Assembly (NCBI GenBank): GCA_039208735.1
Contig: JBCCQY010000025.1
Location: 1 to 64,000 of the forward strand
DNA length: 64,000 nt
Direction: 5' to 3'
DNA from: Myxococcota bacterium
GTDB lineage: Bacteria > Myxococcota_A > UBA796 > GCA-2862545
In this document: positions 48,588 to 56,202 of the stretch, piece after piece
Layout of the letters: each line of letters opens with the position of its first letter
Numbering within the stretch: the first letter of the stretch is position 1
Notes under the pieces: model-generated
What the model saw: only the letters and a program-made list of their open reading frames with translations
Told to the model about the DNA's origin: nothing
Database searches by the model: none
Position numbers and translations under genes: made by a program

Positions 48588-49096
48588 TGCTGGCCCTCTG
48601 GCTCGTGGCGGCGCAAGCCCAGACGCCTCTCGACGTCAACGCGGCAACCCTCGACCAGCTCGATGCGTTGCCCGGCATTGGGCCTGCGAAAGCTCGGGCA
48701 CTCGTGTTGTGGCGTCAGGATCAAGGCCCATGCAAGGCCCTGTCTGATCTGGAAGCGGTGCCCGGATGGGGACCCGCCACGTTGGCCGCGCTGCGTCGTC
48801 GCATCGCCTGTGGAGCCGGGCAGGTCAAGCCTCAAAGCGCGACGACGTCACGCCGTGCGGTCCCTGAAGGACTCGCCCTGCACAGCAACCGCATCGACAT
48901 CAATGCGGCGGGACCCTATCGACTCGCGACTTTGCCGGGCATCTCATTGGCGCGGGCGCAGGACATCGTGGCCCATCGCAAGGCCCACGGGCCCTTCAAG
49001 AGCTGTAAGGAACTGGCCGTTTTGCCGGGGGTCGGAGCCGCGACAGTGGCCGTTCTTGATGAGCGTTGTACCGTCCAAGCGCGTCAAGCGCGCTGA
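48587..49096 (+). CDS. ComEA-family DNA-binding protein with two HhH domains
   Basis: LDVNAAT..LDALPGIGPAKA and IDINAA..LPGIS..RAQDIVAHRKAHGPF; signal peptide. Confidence 0.88.
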   Translation: MLALWLVAAQAQTPLDVNAATLDQLDALPGIGPAKARALVLWRQDQGPCKALSDLEAVPGWGPATLAALRRRIACGAGQVKPQSATTSRRAVPEGLALHSNRIDINAAGPYRLATLPGISLARAQDIVAHRKAHGPFKSCKELAVLPGVGAATVAVLDERCTVQARQAR

Positions 49097-49098
49097 AC

Positions 49099-50196
49099 CT
49101 ACGGGAACGGCAGCTCGGGCATCAGCGATGGATCGATCATCTGCATGCCCATGTAGCCCAGGCCGAGTCCTCCACAGCCGACGGCCAGGATGGCGGTCAG
49201 GATGGCGACCCAGAGGCAGCCTCGGCGACAGCCTCCGGACTGGCTTTTCCCTTCATTGCCCGTGAATGCGGCCACGGGCTCACCGTCGGCCTGGAACGCC
49301 GCTGCGGCCCCACGAAGGACGGCCGGGTCGACCTGGTTGTGGACATTCCAATTGGTGCGGGCCCGACTGGGATGGGGCTCGGTGCGCCCCTGTTGCCCCG
49401 ACATCAGGTCGATGATCGTGGCCTCGGCATCGTCGAGGCCAATGCCGAGCCAGAGGCCTTGGCCGAACTTTACGTCGTGAACCGCGCGGTTGAGTGTGAC
49501 ATCGCCGGCAAACTGACCCGAGGTCAGGTCGAACGCATACACGGTTTTGCCAGCGACGACCGCAGCAACCGTTCCGTCGTCTGTGACCGCCAGGCGACCC
49601 ACTAAGCCCTGCACCTGGAGCTGGTTGACGAGGGCTCGGCCATCGCCCGAAATCAGGTTTAGGGAGCGCCCAGCCGTGACCACCCACTGACCCAGGGCCT
49701 GGGACCAACCGACTCCGCCGATGGAGCCCGAAAGCCGAGAACGACCCCAGGTTCCACCACTTCGAAGGTCGATGGCCGAGAATTCTCCGCTGTCGGTGCC
49801 CACCCCCAAGCTCTGGCCGTCGGGACCGAAGCTCAGCGCGCTCGCACCAGGGTGGTCCAACCAGAAGGGCTGCCCGCCCGCGGGGATGACGGCAATTCCT
49901 CCTGGCGTGAGGATGGCGGCGGAACCGTCGGTTGCGATCGCGAGGCGACGCGCTCCGTCGCGGGTCACCACCTCTTCGAGCGGAGCCCCATCTTGGCGCG
50001 ACCACCACTGAACCCGGCCCGATGCGTCGAGGGTCAACACCTCGTCGCCCACGAACCCGATTCCGACGAGCACGCCGTTGATGAGGGCGCGCCACGTGGG
50101 GGCGCCGTTGCCCCGATAGACGAGCAGCTCGGGACCGTCTCCACAGGCGACCCCGTCACCGTCAGGGGCCATCGCCAGGGGGCACGGGGTCGTCAT
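49099..50196 (-). CDS. WD40-like beta-propeller protein with C-terminal TM anchor
   Basis: ALSFGPDGQSLGVG-type blades; C-terminal hydrophobic segment. Confidence 0.7.
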   Translation of the reverse strand: MTTPCPLAMAPDGDGVACGDGPELLVYRGNGAPTWRALINGVLVGIGFVGDEVLTLDASGRVQWWSRQDGAPLEEVVTRDGARRLAIATDGSAAILTPGGIAVIPAGGQPFWLDHPGASALSFGPDGQSLGVGTDSGEFSAIDLRSGGTWGRSRLSGSIGGVGWSQALGQWVVTAGRSLNLISGDGRALVNQLQVQGLVGRLAVTDDGTVAAVVAGKTVYAFDLTSGQFAGDVTLNRAVHDVKFGQGLWLGIGLDDAEATIIDLMSGQQGRTEPHPSRARTNWNVHNQVDPAVLRGAAAAFQADGEPVAAFTGNEGKSQSGGCRRGCLWVAILTAILAVGCGGLGLGYMGMQMIDPSLMPELPFP

Positions 50197-50199
50197 TCG

Positions 50200-51639
50200 T
50201 CACCTTCTCGAGAAGAAGTATGGGGGCGAATAGCTCGGATCACTCGGGCTGTCGCCGTCCGCCCCGGGCCGTTTCAACCGCTCTGGGGGCGTGTTGGGGG
50301 TTGCCGTCGACATCGCATTGACCAATGCGAGCGTCGCGGATGCAGTGCCCAGACGATCGAAGCCTACGCCCAATGAGCTCAACAGGGGCTCAAGGATGGT
50401 GCTGACGTGTTGATTGGCGCGGGTCACCCTTGCCGATGGCGAAAGCGCACTCAACTCGTCGACCAACGCTTTGGGCGCTCGCGATCGATAGTGGTCATCG
50501 ACCTGGTGGGCACCCGGTTGTGCGTGGCCCGATCGTTCGGCGCGGACCCAAGCCAGCGTCACCACGGCCGGCCACTGCTTGAGGTCCGCGAGGGCTTTCA
50601 CTTGCAAGCGAAGTGCGAGTCCGACTCCTCGCACCGGGTCGAGCGGACGCCACCATTGACGAGCCGCTTCACCCACGGCCAGGGCATAGACAAACAGCCC
50701 GGTGGCATGGGCCCGATCCGCAAGTTTGAGCAGCGCTACCGCGGTTCCTTGACGGTGGGAGGCCTGGATGAGCGCGGTGACCGCGGCGACAAGTTCGGAG
50801 GTCGCGTTCGCCTGCCCCTGTTGGGCCCAGAGTTCCCCCCGCGCCAGTCGGGCAAAGCCCAATGCATCCTCGGGGGCGTTGGCGGCGCTAAGGTGGGCCA
50901 GCGCCTCGTCGAAGGCCTGGGCGGCCTCTTCGTCTCTGCCTTGCAGGGCGCGCACCGTCCCGCGTGCGGTCAGGGCGCGGCCCAACAAATCCGGATCGGA
51001 CAGCTCCGTGGCGAGGCTCATCGCACGCTCGGTCGCCTCGTTGGCCGCGTCTAAACGGCGTTCCGCCCGCGATACCTCGCCCAGGAAGAGCCAAGCCTGG
51101 ATGAGCCCGACTTTGTCATCAAGCCGTTCGAGGCCCGCCAGGGCCTTGCGAATCGCGACCTCGGCATCCGATGGGGATGCTCCGGCTAAGGCGCATCGAG
51201 CCAGGGCCAATTGCGCGTCGACCTGCCCTCGAACGTCGCCGATGCGGGCCAGGGTGCGGTCGGCCTCCTCCAACGCGGTTTCGGCATCGTTACGGCGGCC
51301 CGTCCGGAGCCAGAGTTGAGCCTCGACGACGCGCGCGTGGGTGCGTCCGACGATCGCGGCTTGGTGAATCGCCCAATCGTCGCCAGCTGCTTCGATCGCT
51401 TCGTCGTAGCGGGCGATTGCGGAGGTGATTCGCGCCTCAGCCTCCGGCACCGCACCCTCGATCAGATCCACCTCAGCGAGCCCGCGCAGTGCGTCGCCTT
51501 CGCCGACGAGCAGCTCCGGCCCTCGGTATTGGCGCAGTGCCGCCTCGAAGTGCGACCGTGACTCCCGGGGGCGAGGGCCCACAAGCGTGCGTCGGCCGCT
51601 GTGTAAGTGCCGCCGGCCGGCGTCCAGTCGTTCGTCCAA
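50200..51639 (-). CDS. tetratricopeptide-repeat protein
   Basis: Repeated helical units (ALRGLAEV, ALTARGTV..GRDEEAAQAFDEAL). Confidence 0.75.
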   Translation of the reverse strand: MDERLDAGRRHLHSGRRTLVGPRPRESRSHFEAALRQYRGPELLVGEGDALRGLAEVDLIEGAVPEAEARITSAIARYDEAIEAAGDDWAIHQAAIVGRTHARVVEAQLWLRTGRRNDAETALEEADRTLARIGDVRGQVDAQLALARCALAGASPSDAEVAIRKALAGLERLDDKVGLIQAWLFLGEVSRAERRLDAANEATERAMSLATELSDPDLLGRALTARGTVRALQGRDEEAAQAFDEALAHLSAANAPEDALGFARLARGELWAQQGQANATSELVAAVTALIQASHRQGTAVALLKLADRAHATGLFVYALAVGEAARQWWRPLDPVRGVGLALRLQVKALADLKQWPAVVTLAWVRAERSGHAQPGAHQVDDHYRSRAPKALVDELSALSPSARVTRANQHVSTILEPLLSSLGVGFDRLGTASATLALVNAMSTATPNTPPERLKRPGADGDSPSDPSYSPPYFFSRR

Positions 51640-51694
51640 AGCTTCTCCAGGTGGCCACTATGGTGCAGGATACGGGCGTCGCGGGGAGGGGCGG

Positions 51695-54055
51695 ATGGGT
51701 GCATCAGGCGAAACGCGGATCGATGGGCTCACCGGACAGGACTTTTGGCGAACTCATTCCTGGCCCAGTTTTGGTGCGCCTTCGCTGTGGCTCTCGGACG
51801 GTCCTCACGGGCTGCGGAAGAGTCGAAATCCAGCTCAAATGGGCTTGGCGGATCCTGAGCCCGCCACTTGCTTTCCAACTGCCGCAGCCTTGGCCGCGTC
51901 GTGGGATCGACAACTTGTAGAGGAAATCGGGCGGGCGATTGGGCTCGAGGCTCGGGCCCAAGGGGTCCACGTCGTATTGGGCCCAGGCCTCAATCTCAAG
52001 CGTCATCCCTTTGGGGGGCGGAACTTCGAGTACTTCTCGGAAGATCCCTTGCTCGGCGGAACCCTTGCGGGCGCCTGGGTGAAGGGTTGTCAAAGTGTCG
52101 GGGTGGGCGCGTGCCTCAAGCACTTTGTCGCGAACAACCAAGAGCGCCACCGGATGGTGCTCGACGTTCGGATCGACGAGCGAACCCTGCGGGAACTCTA
52201 TCTGCGAGGGTTCGAAATCGCGATCCGCCTGAGCAAGCCCGCTGCCGTGATGGCTTCATACAACCTTGTGAATGGAGTCTACGCGACAGAACATCCTCTG
52301 CTTTCGAACGTGCTGCGAGGGGAATGGGGCTTCGATGGCTTCGTCGTCAGTGACTGGGGGGCGGTATCGGACCGTGTCGCCGCCTTGCGGGCGGGTTTGG
52401 ATCTCGAGATGCCCGGCACGGGCCGGATCCACCGTGCCTTGCTGGAAGGTGCGTTGCGCGAAGGGACGTTGTCCGACGTTCATGTCGACATGGCGGTGGA
52501 GCGCTTGGTGGCGGCGGGACGACGCTTCGGCGAGCCGGAGGCGATCGCGGACGTAAACCCAAGAGACGGGTTGGCGCGCGAGGCGGCGGCGGCCTGTTGT
52601 GTGTTGCTCCAGAATCGGAAAGACGTGCTGCCGCTGGCTGTGAATGACGAGCTGGTGGTCATTGGACAGCTGGCCGAGGAGGCTCGCTACCAAGGAGCGG
52701 GCAGTTCAGGGGTCGTGCCTACGCGCGTGGTGTCCGTCTTGGACGCGCTCCGGGCTTCGCACCGCGAGATTGCTTATGCGCCTGGCTACACCCTGGATGA
52801 AGGGCCCGCGCCCGCCTGGCGTTCCCAGGCCCTGGAGGTGGCCGCTCAGGCGTCGACCGTCATCCTGGTCGCGGGCCTTCCCGCGCATCACGAGTCCGAA
52901 GGCTTCGATCGGACCTCCCTTGCGCTTCCCGACAACCAGGTCGACCTTATCGAAGCGGTGGCCCAGCGCTGCGAACGTGTTGTGGTGGTGCTCTGCAACG
53001 GGTCGCCGGTCGCGATGCCCTGGGCGGACCGTGTGTCGGCCATTGTCGAGGCGTACCTGGGCGGGCAAGCGGGAGGCGCTGGCATTGTCGACGTGCTTAC
53101 GGGAGCCGTAAATCCGTCAGGACGGCTTCCCGAGACGTTCGTCGACCACGAAGCGGCCCACCTCGCCCACTCCGCATGGCCACGCAACGGTCGCCAGGTC
53201 CGTTATCGCGAGGCCCTCTACGTGGGGTACCGCTGGTTCGACACTGCCGAAGTCGACGTTCGGTTTCCATTTGGGCACGGGCTTTCCTACACGACCTTCG
53301 CATACGGATCGCTTCAAATCACGGTCGACGAGGACGACATCGACGTGTCCCTCGAGGTGTCGAACACCGGCTCTCGAGCTGGGGCGGAGGTAGTGCAGCT
53401 CTATGTCAGCCGCCCGAACAGCGTTGTGTTCCGACCCGCCCAAACACTCCAAGGCTTCGAGAAGGTCCATCTGCAGCAAGGGGAGACGGCCAATGTCAGG
53501 TTTCGGCTTGACCGTCGGTCGTTCGCGCACTGGTCGGTAGCGGAAGGCGATTGGGTCGTGGAAGGGGGCGAGTGGCGCGTGCGGGTGGGGGCTTCCTCTC
53601 GGGACATGAGGCAGATGGCGGCTGTGATCGTGCCGTGGGACGATGGGGTGACCGCGGACGAGGTGCCGGAGGTCTATCGAACCCCCACATCGGAGCACCC
53701 TCCCGACGATCGGGCATTTGCCAAGCTTTACGGCCAACCTTGGCCGGCGCCCCCTCCTGGTCGCCCGTTCCACCGCAACACCACGTTGGGTGAATTGCAG
53801 CAAACCTGGCTGGGCCGTGGGTTGTATCGGATTGCCGTCCAACAGGCGGTTCGAACCCTGGGCGGCGAGACCAACCTCGCGCTGCGTCGGATGGCGGAAG
53901 CGGCGGTGGCAGAGTTGCCGTTGCGAGGCCTCGTCACCACCGTTCAGGCCCTGGGATGGGAGCAACTCGACGCATTGTTGGCGGCGCTCAACGGCAGGCC
54001 GTGGTCTGCGATGGGGCGATTGCTCAAACTTCGGAGACGACGACGAGCTTCATGA
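51695..54055 (+). CDS. GH3 beta-glucosidase with Fn3-like domain
   Basis: Start reassigned to ATG 51695; SDGPHG, GRNFEYFSEDP, KHFVAN, nucleophile SDW, ESEGFDR, FPFGHGLSYT, EVVQLY. Confidence 0.92.
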   Translation: MGASGETRIDGLTGQDFWRTHSWPSFGAPSLWLSDGPHGLRKSRNPAQMGLADPEPATCFPTAAALAASWDRQLVEEIGRAIGLEARAQGVHVVLGPGLNLKRHPFGGRNFEYFSEDPLLGGTLAGAWVKGCQSVGVGACLKHFVANNQERHRMVLDVRIDERTLRELYLRGFEIAIRLSKPAAVMASYNLVNGVYATEHPLLSNVLRGEWGFDGFVVSDWGAVSDRVAALRAGLDLEMPGTGRIHRALLEGALREGTLSDVHVDMAVERLVAAGRRFGEPEAIADVNPRDGLAREAAAACCVLLQNRKDVLPLAVNDELVVIGQLAEEARYQGAGSSGVVPTRVVSVLDALRASHREIAYAPGYTLDEGPAPAWRSQALEVAAQASTVILVAGLPAHHESEGFDRTSLALPDNQVDLIEAVAQRCERVVVVLCNGSPVAMPWADRVSAIVEAYLGGQAGGAGIVDVLTGAVNPSGRLPETFVDHEAAHLAHSAWPRNGRQVRYREALYVGYRWFDTAEVDVRFPFGHGLSYTTFAYGSLQITVDEDDIDVSLEVSNTGSRAGAEVVQLYVSRPNSVVFRPAQTLQGFEKVHLQQGETANVRFRLDRRSFAHWSVAEGDWVVEGGEWRVRVGASSRDMRQMAAVIVPWDDGVTADEVPEVYRTPTSEHPPDDRAFAKLYGQPWPAPPPGRPFHRNTTLGELQQTWLGRGLYRIAVQQAVRTLGGETNLALRRMAEAAVAELPLRGLVTTVQALGWEQLDALLAALNGRPWSAMGRLLKLRRRRRAS

Positions 54056-54425
54056 CTTCACCGATGACGATGACGCTGTAGACCACCGCTTGCAAGACCA
54101 ACGACCATCGTGCATTGATCCGCGCCATACGGACGGGCGTCGCCGAAGCGAGTGGCGCCTTCGAAGCATAGATTCGGCCTCGTTCGATCCGGGCGAAGAC
54201 GACGGCCGTCAAGGCCGCCACGGTTCCGAGGCAGGGCATGCACCACATGCCAAGTGAGATTCCTGACAAGGCCCACGCTGCCTTGGCGAGGAAACCGGCT
54301 CGACCGTCGATTCGTTCGCGGAGGAACAGGATGCCTGCAATCACATTGTAGATGCCTAGAAGCACCACAATGCCACTGCCCAAGACCAGGGCGATGGGAA
54401 TCAGGAAGTTGTTGGCCAGATCCAC
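54024..54425 (-). CDS. small membrane protein (DUF4190-like)
   Basis: Three to four hydrophobic segments; WCMPCLG motif. Confidence 0.55.
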   Translation of the reverse strand: MDLANNFLIPIALVLGSGIVVLLGIYNVIAGILFLRERIDGRAGFLAKAAWALSGISLGMWCMPCLGTVAALTAVVFARIERGRIYASKAPLASATPVRMARINARWSLVLQAVVYSVIVIGEVMKLVVVSEV

Positions 54426-54426
54426 G

Positions 54427-55065
54427 TCAGCCTCCCCAGGTCTCGGCTTGCTTCACAACGGTGCTGAGCGCCCGGACGATGGCGTCACGATCGGCCACCC
54501 AGCGGGCCCGTGCTCGTGCATCTTCGGCGTCGTCACCGAAAACCCAGGGTTCGAGGTGGCACACGACGGTAAGCCCGAGTAGCGTGCCGTCCCTTGGCAT
54601 GACCCGATCGCCCTGCGCGAGCGCGCTTTGCAGTTGGGCAATCAGATCGGTTTCGACGCTGGGATCCTCAAGAGGAAAGGTCAGTTGATCGGGAAGCATG
54701 GTTCGGTGACGACCCTCGGCCCGAAGCACCCCTCGATCGGCGAGCGCGCGCGCGATGCGCATGCGAAGGCTCGGCAGCGCGGTCAGTGCCTTCAACCAAT
54801 CGACAGCGGGGCCTGGCTCGGTGCGGTTGACGAGCAGCATCCAGGCCTCGGCGAGCAACGGATCATCGGGCGCTTCAGGCGCATCGGGATGTCGTCGCGC
54901 TTGCCCGTCCCGTTTGGTTTGCACGAAACCCTGGAGCCGTAGCTCGGCGAGTATGGCAGCCCGCAAACCATGGTCAATCGCAATGAACGCCGAAGGATGC
55001 ACCGTGCCTCGTTCGTCGTGCAAGGCGAACAGCAACAGGGCCTCGGGTAGACTGGGAGCGTTCAT
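54427..55065 (-). CDS. GPP34 (GOLPH3/Vps74-like) family protein
   Basis: Start reassigned to ATG 55065; LPEALLLFALHDERG, AILAELRLQG, DPLL, LADRGVL. Confidence 0.8.
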   Translation of the reverse strand: MNAPSLPEALLLFALHDERGTVHPSAFIAIDHGLRAAILAELRLQGFVQTKRDGQARRHPDAPEAPDDPLLAEAWMLLVNRTEPGPAVDWLKALTALPSLRMRIARALADRGVLRAEGRHRTMLPDQLTFPLEDPSVETDLIAQLQSALAQGDRVMPRDGTLLGLTVVCHLEPWVFGDDAEDARARARWVADRDAIVRALSTVVKQAETWGG

Positions 55066-55093
55066 CCGCCTCTCTTTAACGCTGCGCCTCGAA

Positions 55094-55146
55094 TGACAAC
55101 CTGTCACCCGGTGGCCTTCGGCTCGCTGGTGTCTGACAGGTTGTCT
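55094..55146. promoter_or_regulatory. two inverted enhancer-like sites TGACA-N3-TGTC(A/T), 40 bp apart
   Basis: TGACAACCTGTCA (55094-55106) and TGACAGGTTGTCT (55134-55146) are reverse complements over 12 bp. Confidence 0.65.
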
Positions 55147-55197
55147 TCTGAACGGCTCCTTTGAAGGGCCCACGAAGCAGATTGTGGGGCTGGGCGG

Positions 55198-55214
55198 CTG
55201 GCACGAGACTTGCT
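55198..55214 (+). promoter_or_regulatory. sigma54 (-24/-12) promoter of the gsp operon
   Basis: CTGGCACGAGACTTGCT matches the YTGGCACG-N4-TTGCW consensus. Confidence 0.85.
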
Positions 55215-55277
55215 AAACAGGCTGCCCGTAGTGCTGCGCCTCCTTGGATGGCGTGGGTTGGGGCGACGGAGGAATCG

Positions 55278-56183
55278 GTGAATCCGAACCTGATGGGTGG
55301 CATTCTGGCGGCAGCCACGCTGATTTCAGCGGGTACGGCCTACGGGGTGAACCAGGTGATTGCGACTCAGCTCGCGCCGGAGGTGGTTGCCGAAGAGGCG
55401 GCCCCCCCCGAAGCGCCCGCCGCCGCGCCCCGTGTGGCCCGCCGAGGTCGCGGTCGTCGCGTCCCCACGGCCGAGGAGTACCTCGACGGCATCATGCGAC
55501 GAAACATCTTCGACGTATCGGTGATTGAATCCTGGGATCCCCAACCCGAGGAATCGGCAGGGGGGGCCCAGGAGACGCCGTTGCGAGTTCGGTTGTTGGG
55601 AACGGTTGTGGCGAATGATCCTCGTTTTTCGTCCGCGCTTATCGCAAGCGAGGATGAACCCTACTCGAAGGGCTACTCCATCGGAGACGCGCTGGCCGAT
55701 CGTACGATCGTCGAGATCATCAAGGGCAAGGTGAAGCTCGAACGTTCCGATGGTGCGTTCGAATGGCTGTCCATCGACGATGAGGAAGGCAAGCGGGTGA
55801 CCGCGTCGACTCAGCGTGAACCCGAAGGCGACGACGATTCGGGGGTTCAGCAGACGAGCGACAACCGCTTCAGCGTCTCTCGCGACCTTTTCGACAAGTA
55901 CATCAATGACATGGAGTCGATCACCAAGCTCGGCCGCGCGCTATTGCACCGCGGTCCGGATGGCTCCTTCGACGGGTACCGCCTCGCGGCGATCCGGCGC
56001 AATACCTTGGCGGATCAGCTCGGCATCAAGAATGGCGACATCATCCACTCGGTGAATGGCGAGCCTCTGACTTCGCTACAGGCTGCGATGAACGCCTACA
56101 ACACGATGCAGAGCGAGTCCAATTTCTGTTTTGAGATTACCCGGCGGCGCAAGCCCGTCGAGCTCTGCTACGACGTCCGTTAA
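55278..56183 (+). CDS. gspC: type II secretion protein GspC (HR + PDZ)
   Basis: Start reassigned to GTG 55278 (RBS GGAGG); TM, RRNIFD, RLLGT, PDZ LGIKNGDII.SVNG. Confidence 0.88.
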   Translation: MNPNLMGGILAAATLISAGTAYGVNQVIATQLAPEVVAEEAAPPEAPAAAPRVARRGRGRRVPTAEEYLDGIMRRNIFDVSVIESWDPQPEESAGGAQETPLRVRLLGTVVANDPRFSSALIASEDEPYSKGYSIGDALADRTIVEIIKGKVKLERSDGAFEWLSIDDEEGKRVTASTQREPEGDDDSGVQQTSDNRFSVSRDLFDKYINDMESITKLGRALLHRGPDGSFDGYRLAAIRRNTLADQLGIKNGDIIHSVNGEPLTSLQAAMNAYNTMQSESNFCFEITRRRKPVELCYDVR

Positions 56184-56202
56184 CCCGAATCCCGAGTAAG
56201 AC

